From positions 1 to 64,000 of IMG/VR virus record IMGVR_UViG_2636416187_000004: a stretch of 64,000 nucleotides of DNA; one strand, given 5' to 3'. Shown here in pieces: positions 54,804 through 63,494 of this stretch. Made by a program: the position numbers and the translations under genes. How positions within the stretch are numbered: the first letter of the stretch is position 1; each line of letters begins with the position of its first letter. The stretch is from a virus. Taxonomy: Duplodnaviria > Caudoviricetes. The notes below the pieces were generated by a model. It was given only the letters and a program-made list of their open reading frames with translations. It did not search any database and had not been told where the DNA came from.

Positions 54804-54952
54804 TGGTGCAGATGGCCAGGCGCGAGACCGGCGAGAGCGGACCCTTTCGGGACGACCGCTCGGAGGAGCAACCAGCATTATCTGGCGCCTATTAACCTGC
54901 GTTTCTCTAGGGCCGCCGAAGCGTTCAACCCAGCTTTCAACGCCGCATCTGC
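54804..54952 (-). ncRNA. Putative tRNA-shaped non-coding RNA (149 nt)
   Basis: 7-bp GCAGATG/CATCTGC stem plus ACCA, D-like and T-like arms; folded by eye. Confidence 0.45.
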
Positions 54953-55070
54953 TTGCCGGTTACGTCTCCGGCGCGGGCTTTACCGCCGTGGTGCTTGTTG
55001 CTGGCTTGATTGCGCGCAAGCTACCCCGCGTTGATGCAGGTGGGCGGTTATAGGCCGCAGTTTCGTCCGC

Positions 55071-55202
55071 ATCGGGGTGTGATCTGGCGGCATCGGTGCC
55101 CGCTTGCCCTTGCTGTGGCTCTACGCTTCACAGGCCTCACAGCCTCCCCGTCGCTGACAGGTCGGGACGCCGACGGCAGTTGCCGCCAGATCACACCCCG
55201 AT
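55071..55202. repeat. Perfect 22-bp inverted repeat enclosing 88 bp
   Basis: ATCGGGGTGTGATCTGGCGGCA / TGCCGCCAGATCACACCCCGAT. Confidence 0.85.
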
Positions 55203-55258
55203 ACGCTCTCATAGAGAGGATCGGGCAGTTAACGACAGGCTGTCGTGGCGCTGGTTGT

Positions 55259-55468
55259 TTAGTGCTTAAGCGTGCCGCGCCCGAAAGGTTTGAAGCAGCA
55301 GGCGCAAACTGCGACGCCTGTCTCTTGCTCAATTTCGATGCTGCGTGCAGCTCTACGATAGGCATCTCCGGAAACGCCGGCGCGCTCAGCTTCCTCCGCT
55401 ACCTTTAGCCACTGTGCAATTGCCGGATGTGGCACTGCCTTTTCGGCCAGGTTAAATTCGATTTGCAT
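55259..55468 (-). CDS. Small phage hypothetical protein
   Basis: AGGA SD; CACC motif. Confidence 0.55.
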   Translation of the reverse strand: MQIEFNLAEKAVPHPAIAQWLKVAEEAERAGVSGDAYRRAARSIEIEQETGVAVCACCFKPFGRGTLKH

Positions 55469-55528
55469 CGTCCTACCCTCGGTTGATTTCCCGTCTGGCC
55501 CTGTCGCCAAGGCCAGCCAGTGAAATCG

Positions 55529-55714
55529 TCATGCAGCAGCCTTGCAGTCAGCCGCAGTCATGCGGTGCCCGTCTTCCAGCTCAACCACGCACACGCCGTT
55601 GGTGTAGCCACGTTCCGCGTTGATCCGGTTGGCCTCGCGGATGCATTTGCCCAGGTCTTTGTCGGTGAATACGTGCCGCTCGCCGCGAAGAGTGATTCGA
55701 AGGACCTTGTTCAT
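55529..55714 (-). CDS. Small phage hypothetical protein
   Basis: GGAGG SD; coupled. Confidence 0.6.
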   Translation of the reverse strand: MNKVLRITLRGERHVFTDKDLGKCIREANRINAERGYTNGVCVVELEDGHRMTAADCKAAA

Positions 55715-55929
55715 GCCGCCTCCAAAGCTTGCTGAGCCAACAGCTCAGTCACAGCCTCGTCCGGGGTGCAGCCGTCGGCGTAGAAGTCATGTAGGTCGCT
55801 TTCTTCCTGCGAGCCCAAGGCGACTTGGTGGCCGAGCAGTTGGGATGCCTTGTTGATCCAGCGGTAGTAGGTGCGCTCTTCAGCGTCGGCGCGGCATTCA
55901 TCAGCCGCCATGGTTGCCATGTTGAACAT
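55711..55929 (-). CDS. Small phage hypothetical protein, first pL gene
   Basis: GGAGG SD after a conserved hairpin. Confidence 0.6.
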   Translation of the reverse strand: MFNMATMAADECRADAEERTYYRWINKASQLLGHQVALGSQEESDLHDFYADGCTPDEAVTELLAQQALEAA

Positions 55930-56201
55930 CGTGAATCCCTCCGGTTGTTTTCCCAATGCACCCGTCACCAGGTGCATCAGTGAAAAATTCCGTGTTTCTA
56001 TCCGCCCCATGCTCGGCGCCGCGGTTTCCCCACCTGGCCGGCGTCACACATTTCGTGTTCGGTGTTCTTCGCCGGCTGGCTTGCATGGTTTGGCGTCCTC
56101 CCATATGGGGAGTCCGGCAGGTTCCAGAGCCTGCATGGGGATCGAAGTTTGTGTTTCGCGCTATGCCCGTTTCCGGGGATCGATCCGCGAAGATTCCTGA
56201 C

Positions 56202-56213
56202 TGTTAAAGAGCG
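56202..56213 (-). promoter_or_regulatory. boxA antitermination element (nutL-like)
   Basis: CGCTCTTTAACA consensus on the minus strand about 50 nt after pL. Confidence 0.7.
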
Positions 56214-56266
56214 GCGGATCTCTTGAGGCCCTTCGCAGTAGCTGTGTGTCGCTGCGATGGAGTAAA

Positions 56267-56309
56267 TTTAGCTCAAAGCTAAACATTTGGTCAATAGCTT
56301 TCTGCTAAA
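56267..56309 (-). promoter_or_regulatory. pL/OL of prophage 2
   Basis: TTTAGCTCAAAGCTAAA 56267-83 and AATAGCTTTCTGCTAAA 56293-309; TTGACC on the minus strand. Confidence 0.75.
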
Positions 56310-56466
56310 AAAGTTAGCGTGTGCATATTTCGTTTAGCGGAAAGGCCGTTGGGTGCGTGGTGATTGGAAGATTTCAGGCGCAAAAAAGCCCGCTCTTAGC
56401 GGGCTGGGCAGGGTGCAGGCTGGTATCCTTCAGGGTCACCAATTACGGGCTTTGCGAGCGGTTTAA

Positions 56467-57219
56467 ATGGACTTTTCTGTGTGGATCAGGGTTTTCACTA
56501 TTGGTACGGCGGTAGCTGCAATGGCCGGATGCGACGTTACTAAAGAAATGGCCGTAGAGAAGGGCAAGGATATGGTTGCCTCCGCCCTGAAGGACCCCGA
56601 CTCCGCGAAGTTTCAAGGGGTTTTCATGGTAGAGAACCAAGCCATTGGTGATACGCACTACGGCCTTCTTTGTGGGGAGGTCAATTCTAGGAATTCTTTC
56701 GGCGGATACACCGGATTCCGTCGATTTGTGGCGAATTTCAACTACTCAAAGCAGGGAATTTTCGAGGTTGGCTACGTCACGCTTGAAGAGGGTGTGAATG
56801 CCAAGATCAATAGCAACGGGGTTTCGTACTTTCAAGATATTTACTGGCTAGGGAAGTGCGAGCCAAAACCTGCGCCGAAAAAGATAGAGCAGATAAGCGG
56901 AGAGCTGCCAACCACGACAACGGCAGCCGTGGAGTCAAAGAAAACTACCAAGCCAAGCGCCGCGAAGACCGCGCCAGCTGCCGTGCCAGAGGGCCCTAAA
57001 TGGGCTGTCCAGGTTGCCTCGATGAATGATGCGACACAAGCCGCAAGTCTGCAGAAGAAAATAACGGGAGACGGTTTCTCCTCCTACTCGGTAACGAAGG
57101 ACGGAAAAACGCGAGTCTTTGTTGGTCCTTTCGCGGATCGCGCAAAAGCAGAACGTCAAGCTGAGCTGATTCGGACACAGCAGCTTCTGAAGGGATTCGT
57201 GGTTAGAGTTGAGCAGTAG
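56467..57219 (+). CDS. Lipoprotein: LKDPDSAK/NSFGGY domain fused to a C-terminal SPOR domain
   Basis: MAGC lipobox; WAVQVAS...RVFVGPFADRAKA SPOR pattern. Confidence 0.8.
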   Translation: MDFSVWIRVFTIGTAVAAMAGCDVTKEMAVEKGKDMVASALKDPDSAKFQGVFMVENQAIGDTHYGLLCGEVNSRNSFGGYTGFRRFVANFNYSKQGIFEVGYVTLEEGVNAKINSNGVSYFQDIYWLGKCEPKPAPKKIEQISGELPTTTTAAVESKKTTKPSAAKTAPAAVPEGPKWAVQVASMNDATQAASLQKKITGDGFSSYSVTKDGKTRVFVGPFADRAKAERQAELIRTQQLLKGFVVRVEQ

Positions 57220-57422
57220 TGATTCAAGCGCGCACTCTCTCAACGGGTCCACGATACCAATCGGTTTAAGTCTGGAGAAAGAGTTAGGGGCTATCCGGCA
57301 ATTTAGCCCAATTAAGCTGAAAATCGATCAGTGGTAAATATGCTGTCGATGATAGTCAATTCATTGAAATTGTTCGCCTTGGTGCGCATGGCGAACAATG
57401 TCAATTAATGACAAAACCGACG

Positions 57423-58157
57423 CTACCTAGCGTACATGCCCCACCAAAAAACGTGACCAATGATGACGATCTGCTCTTCCTGAATATCTTGGAAGGTGTA
57501 GTCCTCATCCGGATGTTCGTCGCGATTGAAGCTTCGCAAGCGTATTCCGGTCGGTATGCGGTAAAGCTGTTTCACCCTCAACTGGCCATTGTGGTTGATC
57601 GCATAGAGATCACCATCAGTAATTTCGCTGACGCTGGTCACGCCGGTGTTTACGCCAACCGTTGCTCCGTCACGTAGAACCGGGAGCATGCTGTTTCCCC
57701 GAACTGTCACGCACTTGGCATTTGAAAACTGAACACCATTTTGACGAAGACTGCGCTTGCCGAAGCGCAAGAATGAATTTGGGCTTTCCTCAACAGTAAA
57801 TCGACCTGAGCCCGCTGCCAGCTCAACCTCCCTCAGAAACGGAACGCAAATCTCATCGTCCTCTACGGGCGTGGCGTCATCCCAAAGGTGAATGTCGCGT
57901 AATTCTGAGTGAGGCTGACGATGGACTGACTCTGCCTGGATCGCATCGTCACGCACGTTATCCAAATACCCCTTCGGCAAATCCTCCGCTGCCTCAATCC
58001 TGCGCGCGAGCTCATCCCCCAAGTTTCTGACAGGGTTCTTCGACAGAATCTGGCTGAGCACCGACGACGATGTTCCCCATTTCTCTGCACATTCTTTTCG
58101 CTTTCTGTCGCCTGCAAGGGCTTCCAGGTTGCGCTTTCTGATCGCGTAAATATCCAT
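57423..58157 (-). CDS. cI: CI-like repressor (HTH and S24) of prophage 2
   Basis: LAAGSG, GNSMLP, RVK; HTH differs from prophage 1. Confidence 0.92.
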   Translation of the reverse strand: MDIYAIRKRNLEALAGDRKRKECAEKWGTSSSVLSQILSKNPVRNLGDELARRIEAAEDLPKGYLDNVRDDAIQAESVHRQPHSELRDIHLWDDATPVEDDEICVPFLREVELAAGSGRFTVEESPNSFLRFGKRSLRQNGVQFSNAKCVTVRGNSMLPVLRDGATVGVNTGVTSVSEITDGDLYAINHNGQLRVKQLYRIPTGIRLRSFNRDEHPDEDYTFQDIQEEQIVIIGHVFWWGMYAR

Positions 58158-58168
58158 GCGCTAATGAT

Positions 58169-58243
58169 TGCAGCTCTTAGCTAAATGATAAATATTCTCC
58201 GAGCTAAACTCTTGCTTGCTAAACAATTTAGCTAGAGGCTAAA
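58169..58243. promoter_or_regulatory. OR of prophage 2
   Basis: Repeated GCTAAA half-sites; full TTTAGCTAGAGGCTAAA at 58227-58243. Confidence 0.75.
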
Positions 58244-58271
58244 CTCTGTGCGAGACAAACGGAGAATACCC

Positions 58272-58511
58272 ATGACCACCCAAATGCAAGAGTGGCTCAA
58301 GAAGGCGACCGCACCTGAGCGCGATCGAGTTGCGGCAGCGGCAGGCACCAGCGTCGGCTACCTCTACCAAATTGCAGGTGGTCATCGGAAGCCTTCACTT
58401 GAGCTCTCGAAAAAGCTTCAGGCCGCAACAGAAGGGGAGCTGACCATGTCCGGCTTGCGACCTGATCTTTATGAGCTTCTCACCGAATCAAAATCCCAAG
58501 TAGCCGCCTGA
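58272..58511 (+). CDS. cro: Cro-like protein
   Basis: AAAAGTSVGYLYQIAGGHRKPS HTH; LRPDLY. Confidence 0.85.
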   Translation: MTTQMQEWLKKATAPERDRVAAAAGTSVGYLYQIAGGHRKPSLELSKKLQAATEGELTMSGLRPDLYELLTESKSQVAA

Positions 58512-58562
58512 CGATCAACGCGTCGCCATTCGTTGAAGCCAGATTAGAAGAGAGCAGTCCAC

Positions 58563-59180
58563 ATGGAAACGTCCAGTCCAAGACACACCGCACAAACCCG
58601 AGATCAGGTCTTGGTGGCGCATGCCGCCAACCAGATCGCCCGAACCAGCCTGAGCCAGGATGACTTTGCCCAAGCCTTGAGCCGGGAGATCTACGTGCGC
58701 GTGCCGGAGGCGAAGATCAAGGACACCAAGGTTCCAGACTTCGCTGAGTTGGCGCGCCTGAACGACGTCGGCGAATTCATGAAGGCTACAGGCCGCTGGC
58801 TGAAGCGTGTGCAGCGCTGGCTGTCCGGCGAACAGGAAATGCCGTCGTGGCTGGAAGAGTCTTGGGTGAATGCTCTGGAGCCCGAGTATCGCGACCACTG
58901 CATCAACGAACTTGCCGGTCGCCACGGGCTGACCGGTGCCCGCCAGATGCAAAGCGATCAGTGCACCAACAAAAGCTTCGGTGCGCTGATCCGCGCCTTG
59001 GGCGATGTGATCGATACCGGCAGCGAAGTCTTTGATGACCAGGTGATGTGCGAAGAGGACTTGCCGCACCTGCCGGCGTTCGCCGAACAGTGCCGCCAAG
59101 TTGAGGCGCGGGCAGGGGAGCTTGGCCGGAAGGCTGAAGCACTGATCGCAAAACACCAACCAAATTTGAAAGTCGCCTAA
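58563..59180 (+). CDS. Regulatory protein in the cII position
   Basis: Synteny only; helical protein after cro. Confidence 0.55.
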   Translation: METSSPRHTAQTRDQVLVAHAANQIARTSLSQDDFAQALSREIYVRVPEAKIKDTKVPDFAELARLNDVGEFMKATGRWLKRVQRWLSGEQEMPSWLEESWVNALEPEYRDHCINELAGRHGLTGARQMQSDQCTNKSFGALIRALGDVIDTGSEVFDDQVMCEEDLPHLPAFAEQCRQVEARAGELGRKAEALIAKHQPNLKVA

Positions 59181-59356
59181 TTCCCGCGCATGCGCGGGTT
59201 TTATTCGATCTCCATTTTGCGATCTCCATTTTTCGATCACCCCAAAAAAAGGGGGCTACGGGCCAGCACTAGATAGTAAGCAGACCCGAAAACACAGGCA
59301 TGAAAAAGCCGACGGTCGAGGTCGGCTGATTCGATAACACTTTGCGAGGACCAATT

Positions 59357-60208
59357 ATGCAGAGCCAGCCAAATTCCAGCAATACCCCGAACAATGTCGC
59401 GACACGTTTTAACAAATTGCAAAACGTGTCGCGTGCCACCTCAGTAATTCCTTTCGACTTCGATGGTGGCGCCATTCGTGTCATCACCGACGAGCTCGGT
59501 GATCCGTGGTTCGTTGCCCGTGACGTGGCCGACGCCTTGGGTTATGCAAAGCCAGAGAACGCGATCTCCCGTCACTGCAAGGCCGCAACCACTACCCCGA
59601 AACAGGGTGGTGGCTTTATGACGGTCATTCCTGAGCGCGATGTATACCGACTGGTGATGCGCTCCAAGCTGACCGGGGCCGAGCGCTTCGAAGAGTGGGT
59701 AGTGGGTGAGGTGCTGCCGAGCATTCGCAAAAGCGGGAAGTTCGAGGCAGTCGCCCAGGGCAGTTCGAAGGTTGTCGGGGAACTGGCGCTTATGGAGTGC
59801 TACACGCGCCTCCTGAAGCCGTCGCCATCAAGCCAGGTGATGATGTTGGCGAAGATCGCCACCAACAACGGTCTGGAGTCGAGCTTTCTGCCGGCCTACG
59901 CGATTGATGCCGCGCCAGATGCCTCAGGCGGCAGCTCGATGCCGACCAAGGCCGTTACCTTTTTGATCAAGGACAACGGCTTCGCCTGCACCACGCGAGC
60001 GTTCAACCTTGCACTTGAAGCCCATGGTTTCCTCAAGCAGCTCCAGCGCAAGAACTCCAAACAGGAAACAGTCGACTTCTGGTCGGTGACTGAGAAGGGG
60101 CTGGCCTACGGCAAGAACCTCACCAGTCCTCAATGCCCCCGCGAAACACAGCCTCACTGGTATGTCGAGCGCTTCCCTGAGCTGGCCAAACTGGTCGGGA
60201 AGGCCTGA
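59357..60208 (+). CDS. BRO-N domain antirepressor
   Basis: PWFVARDVADALGY, FEEWVVGEVLPSIRKSG. Confidence 0.88.
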   Translation: MQSQPNSSNTPNNVATRFNKLQNVSRATSVIPFDFDGGAIRVITDELGDPWFVARDVADALGYAKPENAISRHCKAATTTPKQGGGFMTVIPERDVYRLVMRSKLTGAERFEEWVVGEVLPSIRKSGKFEAVAQGSSKVVGELALMECYTRLLKPSPSSQVMMLAKIATNNGLESSFLPAYAIDAAPDASGGSSMPTKAVTFLIKDNGFACTTRAFNLALEAHGFLKQLQRKNSKQETVDFWSVTEKGLAYGKNLTSPQCPRETQPHWYVERFPELAKLVGKA

Positions 60209-60209
60209 T

Positions 60210-61181
60210 ATGCAATTCACCGTCACGATCAATCAGGTGAAGGCTCTGGAGTGGGGGCTGAATTCTCAGCAGGCCCTGCTGTTCGCCTTCGTCTACGGCT
60301 GCCCGAGCTGGACCAAGCCAATCAAGACTGATGACGGGATCTTCTTCGCGTTGAGCAAGGCCAAGATCATCGAGGAGCTGCCGCTGCTCACTGACAAGCC
60401 AGACACTGCTTACCGCATGCTGAAGGCCCTGGAAGAGGCGGGTTTGATTGAGCTTTCCAGCACCTCGAACATCACGCTGTTCCGCCTGACCAAGAAGGCG
60501 ATTGAGTGGAACCAGAAACTGGATGGGTCGGAAAAATATCCGACCCCTCCGAAGAACGAAGGTCGGAAAAAAATCCGATCTACATCGGAAAAAAATCCGA
60601 GCAAGGTCGGAGATAAATCCGAGCCAGGGTCGGAAAAATCTCCGACAAATCAGGATACCAATCATCAGGGTACCAATCAGGATACCCATCAGGACTTGCA
60701 GGGCAGTCCGGACAAGCCGGCCCGCAACCTGGTGCTGGTGGTTGATCGCACCGATGCGCCACGTGTTGAAATTCCCGCCGATATGCCGGGTCCCAAAGAC
60801 CAATCCTGCAAAACCTTCAAGGTCTGGGCGAACTACGCCATGGCCTACCGCAAACGCTACTGCACTTGGCCGGTGTGGAACGCCAAGGTCGGTGGCCAGC
60901 TTGGTCAACTGGTCGACCGGCTCGGCGCCGATGTCGCCCACCACGTCGCCGCTCACTACCTGAAAACCAGCGATGCCGCCGTCCTGCGCAAGTGCCACAG
61001 CCTCAACGAGCTGCTGGCCAACGCTGAGAGCTACCACACGCAGTGGGTGACCGGTCAGCGCATCAACGGGACTACCGCACGCCAAATGGAACGCACCGAG
61101 GCGAACGTCTCCGCCGCCGAACAGGCCGCACAAATGGTCTTGGCCAAGCGCAAAGCAGGGGAGCGCAATGAGTACATTTGA
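60210..61181 (+). CDS. Replication initiator of prophage 2
   Basis: Winged-helix N-terminus with internal iterons. Confidence 0.75.
   Translation: MQFTVTINQVKALEWGLNSQQALLFAFVYGCPSWTKPIKTDDGIFFALSKAKIIEELPLLTDKPDTAYRMLKALEEAGLIELSSTSNITLFRLTKKAIEWNQKLDGSEKYPTPPKNEGRKKIRSTSEKNPSKVGDKSEPGSEKSPTNQDTNHQGTNQDTHQDLQGSPDKPARNLVLVVDRTDAPRVEIPADMPGPKDQSCKTFKVWANYAMAYRKRYCTWPVWNAKVGGQLGQLVDRLGADVAHHVAAHYLKTSDAAVLRKCHSLNELLANAESYHTQWVTGQRINGTTARQMERTEANVSAAEQAAQMVLAKRKAGERNEYI
60528..60645. repeat. Replication origin iterons of prophage 2
   Basis: Five TCGGA-N6-TCCGA palindromes at 60528, 60563, 60585, 60607, 60630. Confidence 0.8.
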
Positions 61182-61965
61182 GATGGATGATCAGCAGGTT
61201 GCCAGCCTCGCTGCAGCGATCTGCGCCACCGCTGAGGCCATGGGTCAGGAAATGAATCCAGGCACCGCGGCGATGATGGCCGAAGACCTCTGTGCTTACT
61301 CGGTGCCCTCCGTGAAAGCCGCACTGAAGGCCTGCCGCTTTGAGGTGAAGGGCAAGCTTGCGATGGCCGACATCCTCCAGCGAGTGCAGGCCGCTGACGG
61401 CCGCCCGGGCAAGGACGAAGCATGGGCGATCGCCATGACCACGAACGACGAGTTCGAAACCGTGGTGCTGACCGACGAAATCCAGCTCGCACTGGCTGCT
61501 GCAAAACCTGTCCTCGATGCCGGCGACAAGGTCGGTGCGCGCATGGCGTTCAACAGCGCTTACGAGCGTCTGGTGGGGCAGGCTCGGGAGGACAGCAAGG
61601 AGGTGAACTGGCATGTGTCTGTCGGCTTCGACGCAAATCGCCGCACGCAGGCAATCACCAAGGCCTTGCAAATGCAGCGAATCCCACAGGAGCGCGCTCA
61701 GCAGTACCTGGCCGACTTGAGTGTCGCGCCGGTCACTGAAGACGGACGGGCCGTGGTTGCGCTGCTCACCGGTGAGGTCGCGCGGCCTTCCCCAAAAGTG
61801 CGCGAGAAGCTCGCCGCGGTGAAGGACTCAATGCTGGCCATGCGCAAAGCCTCGGACGAGGAAAAAACAGAACTGCGAATTTTGGCAGCCAACAAGCTGG
61901 CCGATCGCCGGGCGCTGCTGATTCGGCAGGCCGAACAATTGAAAGCAGGGAGCGCGGCTCAATGA
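61168..61965 (+). CDS. Replication-associated protein (P position)
   Basis: Synteny; overlaps the initiator end. Confidence 0.6.
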   Translation: MSTFEMDDQQVASLAAAICATAEAMGQEMNPGTAAMMAEDLCAYSVPSVKAALKACRFEVKGKLAMADILQRVQAADGRPGKDEAWAIAMTTNDEFETVVLTDEIQLALAAAKPVLDAGDKVGARMAFNSAYERLVGQAREDSKEVNWHVSVGFDANRRTQAITKALQMQRIPQERAQQYLADLSVAPVTEDGRAVVALLTGEVARPSPKVREKLAAVKDSMLAMRKASDEEKTELRILAANKLADRRALLIRQAEQLKAGSAAQ

Positions 61966-62225
61966 CCGATACCACTGACCAGAAAAAGCAGGCTGAGGCC
62001 GGCTTCAAAAACTTCCACCGCAGCCTTTGCGAGCGCTTCGGTTACTACCACGACGAGATCGACTGGCAGCGTGACCAGGTTTCGCTGGAAGAACACATTG
62101 CCACTCAATTCAGCCACGTCAATGCGGAAAACGCGGCGCTGCGTGGGCAGGTCAAGGCGTTGCAGCGCGCTGCTGGCCAGCTCCAAGAGCAAATCGAGGC
62201 TCTGGGCGTGAAGGTGGCACCATGA
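61962..62225 (+). CDS. Phage hypothetical coiled-coil protein
   Basis: ATGA-coupled. Confidence 0.6.
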   Translation: MTDTTDQKKQAEAGFKNFHRSLCERFGYYHDEIDWQRDQVSLEEHIATQFSHVNAENAALRGQVKALQRAAGQLQEQIEALGVKVAP

Positions 62226-62623
62226 ATCCCGAATACACGATCCGCGATCAGCGAGACATCAATCGCCTCGCCGGTGTGCTGCACGCCATCGACCTGAGCA
62301 AGCCGAAGGTGGTGGTGATCCGCGACGAGAAACGCCCTGACGTCTGCAACCGCAAGATGTGGGCAATGCTCAAGGACGTGTCCGAGCAGGTCATCTGGCA
62401 CGGCAAGAAGCTGACCAGCGAGGACTGGAAGTGCCTTTTCAGTGCCTCGCTGGAGAAGCAGCGTGCAGAGCCCGGCCTCGACGGTGGCTTTGTGGTGATG
62501 GCCGTATCGACCCGCAAGCAGTCGCAGAAGTGGTTCAGCGATCTGTTCGAGCTGATTCATGCCTTCGGCGCCGAGCATGGCGTGCGCTGGACTGAGCAGG
62601 ACAAGTGGGGAGGGCGGTACTGA
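62222..62623 (+). CDS. ninB: NinB-family recombination protein
   Basis: NRKMWAMLKDVSEQVIWHG..LTSEDWK..LFELIHAFGAEHGV. Confidence 0.88.
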   Translation: MNPEYTIRDQRDINRLAGVLHAIDLSKPKVVVIRDEKRPDVCNRKMWAMLKDVSEQVIWHGKKLTSEDWKCLFSASLEKQRAEPGLDGGFVVMAVSTRKQSQKWFSDLFELIHAFGAEHGVRWTEQDKWGGRY

Positions 62624-62853
62624 TGCGAGAAGCCAAGTCTTTCACTATTGCCGACGCGCTTTCGAAGTGCCTCACCACCTGGTATCTGGAGGGTACGGCC
62701 GTCATCGAGACTGCCGAGGACACGCCGCCAAAATGTGGTGAAACATTCCGACTCGGCTTCAAGGACTACACGGTGATCGCGGTTTGTGGTCCGTACTCCT
62801 ATCGCTGGGCATCGGCCACCATTGTTCCCAAGGAGGCGGAACCATGCGCGTAG
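62623..62853 (+). CDS. Phage hypothetical protein
   Basis: Coupled ORF. Confidence 0.5.
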   Translation: MREAKSFTIADALSKCLTTWYLEGTAVIETAEDTPPKCGETFRLGFKDYTVIAVCGPYSYRWASATIVPKEAEPCA

Positions 62854-63494
62854 CCCTCAAGGAGATGAAGGCCCCGAAGCCGAAGAAGTGTAAGAACCCG
62901 GCATGCGGCATCAGCTTCCCACCGCAGCGCTTGGGGCAGGCGGTGTGCAGTCCGAAGTGCGCGCTCGCGATGGCGCCGGCGAACAGCGAGAAAGCCCGCA
63001 AGGCCATCGCCCAGCTCGGTCGCCGCGAGATCAAAGTCCGCAAAGAGGCCCTGAAAAGTCGCGCCGATCACCTCAAGGATGCCGAGAAGGCTGTGCGCGA
63101 CTACCGGCGAACCTACGAGTTGAGCATCGGTAGTGGCTGCATCAGCTGCGGCGAATCGCAGGAATCGATTCTGGCGGCGCAGGGCTGGAAGACTGGCGGC
63201 GCGTTTGACGCCGGCCACTTTCTCGGCAAGGGCGCCCGACCGGAGCTGCGGCTGGTGCCGAACAACATCTGGCTGCAGTGCAAGAGCTGCAATGCCGGCT
63301 CATCCAAGTACGCCCGAAAGGGCCAGACGGTTTCGCAAAGCTTCCGCGCCGGCTTGATCGCCCGCATCGGCCTTGCGGAAGTCGAAGCGCTTGAAGCCGA
63401 CCACGAACCACGCAAACACACCGTAGAAGAACTCAAGGCGATCACCGCTGAATATCGGGCCAAGACCCGCGAACTGAAGAGGGCTGTAGCATGA
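62844..63494 (+). CDS. ninG: NinG/Rap-family endonuclease
   Basis: CISCG, DAGHF, NIWLQCKSCN. Confidence 0.88.
   Translation: MRVALKEMKAPKPKKCKNPACGISFPPQRLGQAVCSPKCALAMAPANSEKARKAIAQLGRREIKVRKEALKSRADHLKDAEKAVRDYRRTYELSIGSGCISCGESQESILAAQGWKTGGAFDAGHFLGKGARPELRLVPNNIWLQCKSCNAGSSKYARKGQTVSQSFRAGLIARIGLAEVEALEADHEPRKHTVEELKAITAEYRAKTRELKRAVA

Noticed and set aside
54617-54871. 84-aa ORF and other ORFs in 54549-55408
   Set aside because: They lack an SD at the listed starts, have Arg/Pro/Ala-rich composition and overlap strong stems; non-coding structure is the simpler explanation, though not proven.
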